Positions 11,024 to 25,800 of a stretch of 64,000 nt of DNA are shown piece after piece (the first letter of the stretch is position 1; each line of letters begins with the position of its first letter). The stretch is from Octopus sinensis (taxonomy: Eukaryota). Location of the stretch: positions 8,246,001 to 8,310,000 of the forward strand of contig NC_043017.1 of the NCBI RefSeq assembly GCF_006345805.1, given 5' to 3'. Below the pieces are notes generated by a model that saw only the letters and a list, made by a program, of their open reading frames with translations, made no database searches and was not told the origin of the DNA. The translations under genes were made by a program, and so were the position numbers.

Positions 11024-14000
11024 CATACACGCGCGTGGATATATTAAGGAGTACACTTATGTAGGTTCGTGTATATATATTTAAGGATGAGCTGCGACGG
11101 AGTGAAAACACCCAACTTCGAACGAATAAAGAAACTTAAATATTTTAAGAATCTTCAGTTTCTAATATTATATGCACTCTGCTTTAGTATTGAGTACTTT
11201 TGTCTTCCGTTTGTAAACGAAACCATGGCGATGTTTCGCTTGTCGTAGCACAGGTTTCCGTCGAGAAACATCGCCTAATAACGTTACATATTATGCTGGT
11301 TAGTGATTTTTAAGTATAATTGGGAGAAATTAAAACCTTTAGTATCGGCTAATCACTTTATTATATTGGGTAAAACACACATATCTGTCTATCAGTGTAT
11401 TGTGTGTGTGTATGTATAGGGTTAATTATAAATACATGTGTGTATGATAAACGAGCATCAAGATACGTGCTAAAGTATTTGAGATTAAGGTTATCAGCAC
11501 TATCCGAAAACAAATGGGCCATGAGGGAACCTTCATTTACCCTTTTAGAAATAACGACCAAATCTCTCCTATTGTCTTCAGAATGAGATATGTTCGAGAC
11601 TGTCTTCGTAAATACAAGAAACAAACCAGTTTGTCTCGACTGGAACATCACTAGTCATAGGTCTGCTGATCTGTCATAGTTGACTTTAGGCAGAACATCA
11701 ACAATAACTTCGTTTTTGTACCTGGTTTGCAAGATTCTTTATGTGAATTCGTGTGTTGAAACAAATTTTATTAATATTGGCATAATGACTCTCGCTAGAC
11801 ACAACAAAATCAACAATTACGACTTATATTTGAAAATAGTTTACAAGGTGCAGACTGGTTGTGTGGTAAGATTTTTGCTTCCCAATCACATGGTTCTGGG
11901 TTCAGCCTCGAGCCAACCAAAGCTGGTCGTATAAATAGAATATATGTGCGTGCGTTTGTGTTTGTCCTCCACCACCTCTTGACAATCTGTGTTGGTTTGT
12001 TTACGTCCCCGTAATTTAGTGGTTCGACTAGACAGATCAATAGACTAAGAAGCAGGCTTTAAAAAAAAGGTACCGAGGTCGATTCATTCTCCTAAAATCT
12101 CTTCAAAGTGGTGCTCCAGCATGGCCGCAGTCTCATGATTGAAACCAGTAAAAGGCTAAACATGTTGATCCACACTTCTAAACTATGCCCTCTCCCTCCC
12201 TCATTCCATTTTCTTTTTAGGTATCAATGCATCGGTTTCATTTAAAGTTTCTATCTTAATTTCAATCTCAGGACAAGATACAAGTGTTTTTTTTTTAAAT
12301 TCAAAGAATCTATATGTATAAATGAGAAATTACTAACGATGCTATAAAATTTCAACATAATTTTCCAATCATTTAAAAAATAATGAAGAATTTAGTAAAG
12401 TAGTTGTCCATTTTTAACCCTTTAGCATTCAGATTTCTTTGTCAAATGTATTGCCTATTAATTCACACTGTTTTGAAGTTATTCTGCATTATCTCGTAGC
12501 CTTGAGATTTCAATGTTGGGATTGTTTATTTTTAAACTGATGTTAAAGGGTAGGTGTGAGAAGTTGGATCTGGTCAGTTTGAACACAAAACAGGCAACAT
12601 ATTTGGCCAGATATGACTGGTTTAAATGCTAAAGAGTTAAGCTAGTTTTTAGAACATAATTGGAATTTTGGTGGTAGTTTTTAATTTAGATAATTTTAAA
12701 ATGGGAATCATATATTGTTGAAGCAGGGGTGGTATTGGGCAGGTTGGTATTAGAAGGTTTGATGTGTAAAGTGACTCTTCAAGTCTCTGATCATACCTGA
12801 AGCAACATCATGTGTGTTTTCAGTCTCTTTATTTTCTTTAATCTCCTGTTGTTTTATATTCTCTGATTAAACCTAACTTGTTGTCTTATTTTCCCTTTCT
12901 TCTCTTTCAGATCAAGGAATCGATTAACCACTTCTACTCTCAACAGCGAACGTTTTATCGAAGAATACCAAAGTCACCGTCACAAACTGTCCACAGCTTA
13001 CCAGTACCACTTAGCTGGACATGAGCAGGATTTAGACATTGTTTCTTTAGACCACTGTTACGCAAAGCCATGGAGTGCACATCCCGATGCAAGCAATGCC
13101 AAGCCATTGCGCATGTTATTCATGCACAAATTCCCTCGAAATGGAGACATAGATCAAAATTCAGTGTAGGTTTCTTTTGACATTTTGTTTACTTTCATTT
13201 AATGGATAATCATCATTATCATCGTTTAACGTCCGTTCTCAATGCTAGCATGGGTTGGACGGTTCGACCGGGGATCTGGGAAACCAGAAGGCTGCACCAG
13301 GCTCCAGTCTGATCTGGCAGTGTTTCTACAGCTGGATGCCCTTCCTAACGCCAACCATTCCGTGAGTGTAGTGGGTGCTTTTTACGTGCCACAGGTGCCA
13401 GGCGAGGCTGGCAACGGCCTCGATCGGATTGGTGCATTTTACATGCCACCGGCACAGACTCTTTACATTCTAAGTTTAACCCTTTGGCATTCAGATTTTT
13501 CTGTCAAATCTGATGCTTTTTTATTCATGTTGTTTTGAATTAACCATGCATTATCTTGCAGCTTGGAAATTTCAATAATGTGATTGTTTATTTTTAGAAT
13601 GATAGTGTAGGGTAGGTGTGAGAGGCCAGATCTGGCCAGTTTGAATATAAAACAAATGGAATATTTGGGTTGGATATGACCAGTTTAAACACGAAAGGGT
13701 TAAGTCCTACCAAGGTCAACTTCACCTTTTATCCTTTGGTAGATGATAAAATAAAGTGCCAATCACATACCGGTTTGATGGCATCAACTAACCCTCTTCT
13801 CCTCAATATTACTGGCTGTGCTTAAACTGGAAAGAATTATTATTATTATTATTATTGTAAAAAAAAAGTTACTGATCATACAAAAATGATGTCATTTGTC
13901 TGCACTCTTCCATGTAAACATTCCCAGCCATTGAGCTGTTCATTGTTTGAAGGACGAGGAAAGATATTATCTCTTTGCTTGAAAACAGGTGAAGGTTGAC

Positions 14001-16993
14001 AACTGGAGGATCATCTGGTTGTAGAAAATTTGCCTCAACAGGTTTTATAATAGTGACAAGGATTGAACCAATTAAAGCAATTCAGAACTGGACAATAAAA
14101 TTGTTCAGAAATTTAAAATTATTTTCATATGTTGTTTGTACACCTCTCCATGTTGTTAGATCTATGTGTATTGTTTTTATATGTACATGTTGTTAGGTCT
14201 CTGCATGTTATTAGATCACCTCTTGTTTCCCACACTTCTCTGATGATGGTTACCTTAATGTCTTGTTTATGCACTTCTCTACTGTAATCCTTCTGCGCAT
14301 AGCCTGTAGATATCTTTCTCTTGTTCTCTCTCTCTATGCAGTGATGAAGACCAAGTACTCGATGTTGAAACCACAACCGTTAAATCTTCACACATTGGTG
14401 ACCTGGCCAAGGCCCGAAACTTGATGAATGAATGTGAAAGACATGTCAACCTTGCTTACCCAGATAAAGGTGGGGAAGATTCTGAAGAACACATAAGCAA
14501 GTAAGCTACCAGTTTTCTTTTTTCCTATTTGTATTTCTAACATGATTATTATTAGGAAATGCAGACATTGCTTAGCTCTGGTTTAAACTTGATAGGACAG
14601 ACCTATGGTCATAGGCTTTCCAACCATGACCATCCTGTCATGTGTAGTTAAGAAGTTAGCTATGCAACCAGGTGGTTCTGGATTTGATCCCATTGCATGG
14701 CACATTGGACAGTTGTCTGACCAATATATTGTGATGGGAACTGTGCTGGTAGACTTGCCTTGCTTGGCCTCTTGTGCCAGCAGAAAACAGATGCTCTGTT
14801 CATACAAGTTAATCTATAAGTCTGGACCATTTCATAAGTTTCTACAGTATTTTTGCCCAGTTTAACACAAAAATCCAAATTGTCTTCGTGTTGTGACTGA
14901 ATTCTACAAACAAGTCGGCCCAGCAAGCATTGGTGCTTAGTAGGAGGTGTTCAAAGTGTTGTTACAGCTGTCTCCTTCAATTCGGTGTAGCAGAAGCCAC
15001 AGTAGGAACAACCAGCAGGTAAAAAGCTGGAAAATTTCTGAGAGTTCTCTCTATTGCTGAAAACAGTCAGCAAAATGTTTTTAATGTTATCATCATCATC
15101 ATTATCTCCTGTTTTTCATGCTTGCACGATGAGATGGAGATTATTGAAGCAGATTTTCTGTGACCAACACTCACCTGTTTCCAAGCATGGTAATATTTCC
15201 TCATGGCCAGACAAGTTTTTCACAAAATATTGGTAACGAATGACACTGCTTATATGACAGTAAGCTTCATTACAACTATCATATGATGCCAAGACAAACA
15301 TACACATACTTGTACTCACATATATACACGATAGGCCTTCTTTTAGTTTCCATCAACAAGGTCCACTCAGAATTGTTTTGGTTGGCCCATGGCTATAATA
15401 GAAGACATTTGCTAAAGGTGCCACATAGTGGGACTGAACTCAAAAACCATGTGGTTGGGAAGCAAACTTCTGAATCACACAGCCACACCTCCACCTATAT
15501 GTGCTCAATAAACAAGTGCTGCTCCAATATGGTCTTGACCATAATGTTTAGATAAAGAACATCTTGAATAGAACATGTGATTTGTTCATCATCCTTTTCC
15601 ATTAATCAGACTTCTCTATTCGGTAAATATCTTCCTTCTGTTACAGAACAGGGTGGACCATGCAGCAGAAGAGACTTTACAACAAAGTTATGAAAGCCCT
15701 TCATGTCGACCGATTGGCCAGGCTAGCATTTGATGGAGTGAGTTACCCTTTTTTAAAACTATTTTTTCTTTTTTATAATGATGGTGATACAGTAACTGTT
15801 GTTGTTAAGTAACCCTAAACTACAGCAAGGTACAGTGTGGCCAGCTATCACTTGTGGGCAAGAACGGCTTGGTAACATTGTACCATATTTTCATTAATTG
15901 TTTTTAGTTGTTGATGTAATTGCAAGCAGACACAGCTTTTCTTCTATCTGACCCTTGAGTTTGTGGAACATCCAGAATACAGCAGCAGGAGAGAGACAGA
16001 GGACTGCAACAGCAATTGGCTTGTAGCCATTTACAGCTGGATAAATTGGAGCAATGTGAAATCAAGTATCTTGCTCAAGGACACAGCACACCATTTGGTC
16101 TAGAGATTGAACCCATGACCTTAGAATCATGAGCTAAACACCCTGACCAAATATTTGTGTGCCTTCACAAATAGCCCTTGTCAGGTCTGCATTTGACCAG
16201 ACCTATGTTATGATGAGACAGCTGATGGCTGTTGAACTAATGTTAATTTGTTTTATATTGATATCTTAATTGCCTCCATATACATGTTTATATCATATCT
16301 ACATATATTCACATCATCAGCGTACATCCTTTTTCCATGCTGGTATGGACTGAATGGTTTGGCAGGAGTTGGTAAGGTTGGGAGTTGCACCAGGTTCCAT
16401 AGTCTACTTTGTCGTGGTTTCTACAGCTGGACTGCTCTTCCTAATGCCAACAACTTTACTGAGTGTACTGGGTGCTTTTTACCTGGCACCAGCACCAGTG
16501 CTTTTCACACATTATACATATGGGGGTGTGTGAGTAGGCTAAGCTTGACATATATTTAGATATTTTTAACTATATTTGCAATGTTATGAAATTTGTAATA
16601 AAAACAAATGTCTTCAAATAATCTAGATTTTGCTTAGTATTTTTTAATATAAAAATATCAGTTGATTTGAAATGTATTTGTTTAGATTTGTAACTTAAAA
16701 ACTACATATGAAGATTACATCACTATTTTTATAAATGCATATATGTAATGTGCATCCATATACAGATTTACTCTCTCACTTTGCTTTTATTCATGTCTGC
16801 ATACACACATATATGCGTACATACTGTTTTGACTGGGACTTCAAACCTCAACTGACAGCTTCAGATGAAACTTGAAGTTTCAGTCAAAATAAATTTTCTC
16901 TTAAATTCTACTCTACTTTTAGTATGGCACCTCTTTACACAGCTGTCCTCATCATACGCATTACATGGCCATATCAATACAGTCGCTGCACAT

Positions 16994-17078
<85 letters not shown>

Positions 17079-18015
17079 CATGTCATGTATGTGTGTGTAT
17101 ATAAAAACATTTATTTATGGTATGAGCATGACAGTTGGCTGAATCATTGGAGTTTTGATTTCCTAGTAAAAGGTTTCATAATTTGTAATATGTTGCCTGC
17201 ATACACTGTTAATAAAGCTGCAAAGACATCAAAAAAACTGTATCTCTGGTCAAGGCCAGTGCTGTCTTAAGGCATGGCCACATTGGTCAGTTGACCAGAG
17301 ACCTCATGGATCTAGGGACCCAGTTATGATCTATGTGTGTTGTAATTTACTGTCAATAAATAAATACTATAGTGCTCAGGGCATTAATTTGTCCAGGGGC
17401 CTGTAATACTGTGAAAGTGGGCCTGGTCAAGGAAGTATGTTGTCAGTGACTCAATCCAGCTACTTGTGAATAGGTACCATGTGATGGTAGCAGTAGGACA
17501 CTGTACTTGACAAGTATTTCCTTAGCCTGCAGTAATATTGTGTAATATAGAAGTGAATGTAGAATATTAAAATCACTCCATTATGTCATGTACACTTTGA
17601 TCCTATTACATTGCAAGTGGAAACTTAGTGATAAACCCAACTCCTGAGTGAGTTTGGGGATGTTCAATAATTTTGTGTTTTATACTACTTTTCTTTTCTT
17701 TTCTTTTTTTCTTTCTAGAGTAATAATGAAGCTGTCATGCGAAGAATTCATGTTGATAAATCTGCCAAACGGATACGACAAGCTTTGGCTAGCGAAATAT
17801 GGGTGAGTATATCTTTTATCAAGTTCCAGTAATTAGATTGCAGTCATGCTGGGGCACCACCTTCAATTTTTAGTCAAATGATTTGACACCAGTACTGAAT
17901 TTTTAAGATTGGTACTTATTCCATCAGTCTCTTTTGCTGAACCGCTAGGCTGTAGGGATGAAACACACTGACACTAGTTTTCAAGTGGTGGTTGGGGACA
18001 AATGCCTATGTGGGG

Positions 18016-18046
<31 letters not shown>

Positions 18047-21000
18047 TTCTGTCTGCTGGATCCACTGACCAGACTGTCCAACCCATGCCACCCATGCCAA
18101 TATAGAAAAATGATCATAAAATGATGATGATGTTCTTCCGTCTGTTTGTGTGTTCACACAAACACATACAAATGTATGCATGTAAATTCGATATGGGTAT
18201 AAAACCTTGTAGTTTGCTTTACAAAGCTTGTCCGCAGGTATCAGCTAACAAATGCTGTCGTACAGTGAGATCAAAATATCATTGGATATACTTCTGCAAT
18301 TCTGTGATATCCAAAGGGTTTATGCAAAAATGTGAATAGTGGAAAATGTCTTGAGCAACACACTTTATTACATAATGCTACAATTGTTTCAACATAGATT
18401 CACCAACAGAAGCATTATATAAAATATAAATTACTGCTGCTGTTGTTGTTGAGAGAAAGAGAGAGTCTGCTTGTGTTTATATATATATACATATATATAT
18501 ATCATCATCATCATCTTCGTTTAGCGTCCGCTTTCCATGCTAGCATGGGTTGGATGGTTCAACTGGGGTCTGGGAAGCCAGAAGGCTGCACCAGGCCCAG
18601 TCTGATCTGGCAATGTTTCTACGGCTGGATGCCCTTCCTAACGCCAACCACTGCGTGAGTGTAGTGGGTGCTTTTTACGTGCCACCGGCACAGGTGCCAG
18701 ACGAGGCTGGCAAACGACCACGATCAGTTGGTGCTTTTCACATGCCACCGGCACGAGGCCAGTCGGAGCAGTGCTGGCAACGGCCACGTTCGGATGGTTC
18801 TCATACGTACCACCGGCACTGGTATCACAGCTGCAATTTCCATTGATGTTGATCGATTTCGATTTTCACTTGCATCAACAGGTCTTCACAAGTAGAGTTT
18901 TGTGTCCCAAGAAGGAAGGTATGCATAAGTGGACTGGCTACATCCCATGTAGAGGCCACGGGTTATGGTCTCACTTGTCCTGCCGGGTCTTCTCATGCAC
19001 AGCATACTTCCAAAGGTCTCGGTCTCTAGTCACTTCCCCAGTGAGACCTAAAGTTCGAAGGTTGTGCTTCACCACCTCGTCCCAGGTTTTCCTGGGTCTG
19101 CCTCTTCCACGGGTTCCCTTAACCGCTAGGGTGTGGCACTTTTTCACACAACTATCTTCATCCATTCTTGCCACATGACCATACCAGCGCAAACATCTTT
19201 CTTGCACACCACAACTGATGCTTCTTAGGTCCAGCTTTTCTCTCAAGGTATTTACACTCTGTCGAGTCTTACACTATATATATAAAATGAATCTTACATA
19301 AATTGTTTTAAAATTTTATATGTATTTCTTTTAATTATACAGGACCCCAAACTTAGTCAATGGTTGCACAATGTATTGTTGGAGAACTTACCCCGTCATT
19401 TGTTGGCTGCTTATTTGGATGTTCTGCAAACTCTGCGAGCTAAGGTACATTTTTTTCTTGTGCATATGTGCACATGTATGCATATACATATGCACCTTCA
19501 CATCTGTGTGTGTGTGTGTGTGTGTGGTTACATGTATTTATATATCTGAGTATACATGTATGTATATACATTTATATGAATGTTGTGCATGTATATATAA
19601 ACAGGTGTCTAGAATTTGGCATTTTATATTATCCACTCTCTTGTCTCTCTTAATCTCTTGTCCTCTTCTTGATAAAATGTTGCATACTTTTCTGGTTGTT
19701 TGGTGTATTTATCTTCATTATACACTTCTTTGATTGTTTCTTTTTTGACCTTATACTTTTACACTTTTCAGTCATGTGCTTCCAATGTTCAACTTATGCA
19801 GTATGATTGCAATTTCAATCCTCTTGTGTATACTTATCAGTGTTTTGAACCTATTGTTTTAGATTCCTACTCTTGTCGACCGTATGATTGCTCAGTCAGC
19901 TGCTATCACTCGCCAGGGATCAGCTGTTTCATTGGATGCCTTAAATTTGCTCCTTAAGCGACCATGGGACCCTGTGTATAGCACTCTCAGCCAACAGAAA
20001 CCTGTGAGTCATTTTTATCTTTTACTTGTTTCAGTCATTTGATTGCAGCCATGCTGGGGCACTGTCTTGAGGGGTTTAGCTGAACAAATCAACTTTAGTA
20101 CTTATTTTTCAAGTATAGCACTTATTCTACCAGTCTCTTTTGCCAAACTGTTAAGTTACAGGTTGTAAACAAACCAACACCAGTTGTCTTATATATATAT
20201 ATATATATATATATTACCTCGCTTGGCAACAGGTGCGGGGTTGGCATCAGGAAGGGCATCTGGCTGTAGAAAACTTGCCACAGGCTTAGCACTGCACATA
20301 TGTACATACATTTTTTGTAGGCATGGGCATGGCTGTGTGGTTAGGAAGCTTGCTTCTCAGCTACATGGTTTCGGGTTCAGTCCCACTGCATGGCACTTTG
20401 GGCAAGTGTCTTCTGCTATAGCCCCAGGCCAACCAAAGCTTTGTGATTGAATTTGGTAGGCGGAAGTTACTGCCGTGTGTGTATATGTGTGTGTAGGTGC
20501 TTGTGCCTCTCCGAGAGAGAGGGAATATAAATATATATACATAGGACTGGCTTCCACACAGTTCCCATCTACGAAATTTGTGCACAAGGCATTTGACTAG
20601 TTCAGGCCTATAATGGAAGAGACTTGCCCAAGGTACCACCAAGTGGGACAACCTAAAAGAACATGGTTGCAAAGCAAACTTCTTAAACCATACAGCTGTG
20701 CCTTTATCTATTTATTTGGGTTTTTTTTCCTTTTCCTTTTCTCTTTCCACTATTTAAACCTAAAATAGTAAAAATAAAGCAGCAAAGTTTGGTTCAGCTG
20801 CTGTCCTATGTACATGAAAACTCCTCAACACTTATTCCAATGGTAATTTTGACCATTTTTCTGTAGGCAAAGACAAGACAACTTTTTCTATTGCTGTTGA
20901 TGTAAGATAAATTTTGTAGGACCAGATTGTTTAGTTCCCAGTTCAAGTATGTAAAGGATCCAAGACATTCCAACCATGACCAATCTGTGTTTTTTATTTC

Positions 21001-22764
21001 TTTTTATACATATCAGTGACTACGTTATCCAATGTGCATTTTTGTTAAGATTATAGGATATAATTTGAGAGAGATTTGGCTGCTATTTCTTGTTGGCCAA
21101 ACAACCACAAGAAGCTCCCTCATTGGTTTGTTGTAGCTGCATATCCTCCTTGACATATTTTTACAGTTGTCTTGTAGGGAAGGGTTTTTTTTAACACCCT
21201 TGAAGGCAGTGTCCCAGTATGGCCAGTTCTGTCATTGAAACCAATAAAAGAAATATACTAAAATTAATTTGTCTTTTTTTTTTTGAAACTGTGGAACTCG
21301 AAGTAGATAAAGCTATAAATAATAATAATAATAATAGCATGTAAATATTGAATCAAAAATCCTTTTTGGATAGAAAAAGTTGAAGGCTGCTGTATTTATA
21401 GTTACATCTATTTTGAGTTCTAAAATTTGAAATGAATTATCTCATATTCTTTTGAAGTTTCTAAATTCTCATCATGTAAATGATATACGATATTTAATTT
21501 TCTTTTAACGATGTAGCAATGTTTTTAAATATTTAAGTCTAAAAATGCCTAAATGTAAATATTAAAAATTTTATCTCTAAAGATAAGTTTATAATTAATT
21601 AGATTAGCAATTAACCATCTTGGACAGTTTACACATTGATAGAATATACTGTTTCCTAAACAAACTAACGCTATGTCTTGTTTTTGTGTTCTGACAGCGC
21701 AAGCTTCCTGGAAATCCATTAATTCTTGTCGCTCCTAGTGGACCCACTTATCCCAATAATAATTATTCAAAACGCACGAAATTCTGTATTACTCAACTCT
21801 CCAATCTTGGCAAAGTGATTCCTGTAACAATGCACACAGTGAACGGCGGCAGTGGCGTTGGTATAGCCCAGTGCCTTGAACATATGATTGGAGCTGTACG
21901 CACCAAAGTTTTAGAGGTAAGCTGCATTTTTTATTTGTTTTTGCTTAGACCGTAGCCAGCACCACCCTGACTGGCCTCCATGCCGGTGGCACGTAAAAAG
22001 CACCATCCGATCGTGGCCGTTGCCAGCTTCGTCTGGTCTCTGTGCCGGTGGCACGTAAAAAGCACCGTCTGATCGTGGCTGTTTGCCAGCCTCGTCTGGC
22101 ACCTGTGTCGGTGGCACGTAAAAAGCACCCACTACACTCATGGAGTGGTTGGCGTTAGGAAGGGCATCCAGCTGTAGAAACACTGCCAGATCAGACTGGG
22201 CCTGGTGCAGCCTTCTGGCTTTCCAGACCCCAGTTGAACCGTCCAACCCATGCTAGCATGGAAAGCGGACGTTAAACGACGACGATGATGATGATGATCT
22301 CGCCTTATTCTTGAATTTCTGTTGCTACCTGACGCAAATATATCGTTTATGGTAGGTAGGGGACTTAACTCTTGCTTGTTTTACAAGTGATAGACTTTCA
22401 TTCGAGGAGGAACGATAAGAACACAACTAGAGGACAATTTATGGAAGACAGGAATTGTCAGCAAACTTCATCAGAAGCAGCTCAAAACAATGTCACCATT
22501 TAAAACTGAGCCACGCTCATAATATATATATATATAGAGTGACCCAAAAGTTGGGTTACAAATATCATGTAGGCACTTCAAATTTCTTTTAAAATGTTTT
22601 ATTACGTTTAAATTTCTATCTTACAATTAACTAAATTGCATAGAATAATGGTTTCATATTTTTTATAATTAAGATCTAAACTGTTAATATATGAATGTGA
22701 AAGAGATAGTTGAATAACTGTAAACCTACTTTTGGGCCACCTTAATATATATATATAAAAATAT

Positions 22765-22810
<46 letters not shown>

Positions 22811-25800
22811 ATATAGTAGAAATATGTTACGAAAAGAAAATATAAAATACACGTGGAAATGTAAGGGTAAAATATGAAAAATCAACGTAAATGCATCTTG
22901 CAAATAGAAAAAGGCTATTTATGACAGGTAACAAAAAATATATACATTTAGATTGACTGATATGAGTCATGAAAGTCATTATTATGAGATGATTATAAGA
23001 TGATAATAAAGTAAGAGAACAAAACGAACCATGGTTTACGCAAAGCTATTCATATATATTATACGTATCATCATCATTGTTTAACGTCTGTTTTCCATGC
23101 TGTATTTAATTCTATTTCTTAAAATGTCCTGATGATATATTTCCATTTCTGTTGCAGTTAAAAGGCCATTTTCAGAACCGACCCATTGTCTTGCTGGGAT
23201 GGAATATTGGAGCATTGGTGGCATGTCATGTAAGTATAGTCCTTGCGTTTGATTATGGATTAACCCTGCCAAATGTAATTTTTGTTTAATCTCATTGATT
23301 TGAATTAGTCATACATTACTGTGCAGCTTTGAGATTTCAATGATGTCACTATTATCGTTTAATGTCCGTTTTCCATGTTGGGATGGGTTGACTGAGGACT
23401 GGCAAGCCAGGCTCCAATCTGATCTGGCAAGATTTCTACAGCTGGATGCCCTTCCTAACGCCAACCACACTGAGAGTGTAATAGGTGCTTTTTACATGCC
23501 ACCGGCACAGGAGCCAGTCAAGCGGCACTGGCATCAACCCATGCTTGAATGGTGCTTATTATATGCCACCAGCACCAGTACCAGTCAGGCGGCACTGGCT
23601 GACTGGCACCTGTGCTTGTGGCACGTAATGTGATAGTTTATTTTTAGAATAATATTGTAGGGCAAATGAGAGAGGCCTGATCTGGCTAGTTTGAAGATAA
23701 AAGAGGGAGATTATTTTGGCTGGATATGGCTAAGAGGTTAAAGTTGTTTTACATTTTCAGCTATTGAACCCTTACTGCACAGATTAAATTTTTGATGGTG
23801 ATATAAAATGCTAATCATATGCAAATCAGTTCTTGCAATCTCTTTCTCGTAACCAATAGAAATAAAATATGTATATTGTATAATGAAATGTGGAGGATTC
23901 CAGAAAGTACCACTTTATCAAAAACAAATTAACTCAATTAATTCTCAAGGTAAAAATGAGAAGAAGGTTACTAGAACAGACTAGGTGCTCAGAGCTTGAC
24001 GATTGCTTGGAGACACAAGGCATATTATAAAACTTGAAACCTGATTGGACATGAGTTTCCATAACAAGAAACTATTGGTAGCTTGTATCTTTATAGTGTG
24101 TATATTAAATGATATGTATGGATACATATATGTAGAAATCTATACACATGAATATGTGTAATTATACACATAAACAAGATGAATGTTTACATGAGTATGT
24201 ATATGTGTTTGTGTGTGTGTTTATGTGTATGTATTCCACAAAATATTTATTGTAATTGACAGTTCAGCTAATTTATTGATAACATGTCCCCTTTTTTCAT
24301 AAATCCTTTTTCATTTTCAACCCTAGGTTTCATTGGTGGAGATGGTATCAGCTGTGATCTGTTTGGGTTTCCCACTCACAGGAATCAATGGTGGTCGTGG
24401 TGTTCGTATCTATTTATTTATTTATTTATTTATTCGTCTTCTTTTGATCTGTTTGTTTTATAACTGCTTCACAATTATCTTTTTCTTTTTTTTTTTTTTG
24501 CCATACCAATAAAACACAGTCAAGAAACCATTGTAAACGATAGCTTCCTGATTGTTGTTTCTTCTTGTCCTCCATGAAAACATGTCAAGGCTTCTTAACA
24601 TGTGGCATGATCTTTGTATCTCTGCATAAAATCTGTTTAGGCTGTTTTTTTTTGTTAAACTTGGAGATTGTTACTTCTTGTTTAAATGATAAGGTTGACA
24701 ACAGGGAGGGTATCTGGGCATAGAAACTCTGACCCAACATGCTCTTATTTGACCCATTCAAATGTAGAAAGGTAGACATAAACATTGATCATGATGATAT
24801 ATAATATATATTTCTTTACTGCCCACAAGGGGCTAAACATAGAGGGGATTAACAAGGACAGACAAAGTGATTAAGTCGATTACATTGACCCCAGTGCGAG
24901 ACTGGTACTTTATTTATCGACCCCGAAAGGATGAAAGGCAAAGTCGACCTTGGTGGAATTTGAACTCAGAATGTAACGACAGACGAGATACGGCTACGCA
25001 TTTCGCCCGGCGTGCTAACGTTTCTGCCAGCTCGATGATATATGATATATGTAGTTGTTTAACCCCAGGTCAAATCTAAACTGGCAGACCTATAAATCAA
25101 TTTGCTCCATCAATTAAACTTGAATCTTACATTTCAGACATATTCTAATTAAGACCACTTTATCCTCTGTGTCCTTTCCTTTCCAACATATTAGTGATTG
25201 ATCTGAACGGGGATATCACTGTTATTCTGTCCCCTCTTTTATGCCTTTCCCTCCTGCAACCTAGGTGAGCTGGTACAGTTGTTAGCGTGTCATGCAAAAT
25301 GCTTTGCAGCATTTCTTCCAGATCTTTACGTTATGGGTTCAAATTCCATTGTGGTCACTTTACCTTTTATCTTTCTGGAGTTGATAACATACATACATGT
25401 TGAACACTAGGGTCAATGGAATCAATGGCCACCTCCCTTAAGATTGCTAACCTTCTGCCAAAATTAGAAACCATTAAGCAGGCAGAATCATTCGTGCATT
25501 GGACTAAATGCTTAATGGCATTTTTTCTGGTACCACAAGGAAGATGAAACTCCCCGCTTTATGTTCTGAGTTCAAATGCCACAGAGGTCGACTTTGTGTT
25601 TTATCTTCTTGGGACAGATAAAACAAGTACCAGTTTAACACCAGGCTGATGCAAATGGCTTGCCCCCTCCACCCATCTCAAATTGTTGCTTTGTGTCAAA
25701 ATTAAAAAAAAAAATTATTGTTGTTGATCATGTTTTCTCGGTTTTTTTCAGGATGTTGAAGATCCACTCTTAGAAAGCAAGACATCAACACTCTTTGTAA

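Noticed and set aside
22954-22978. TGACTGATATGAGTCATGAAAGTCA, hammerhead-like
   Set aside because: Lacks G8-A9 in register and has no stem III; at best a decayed remnant
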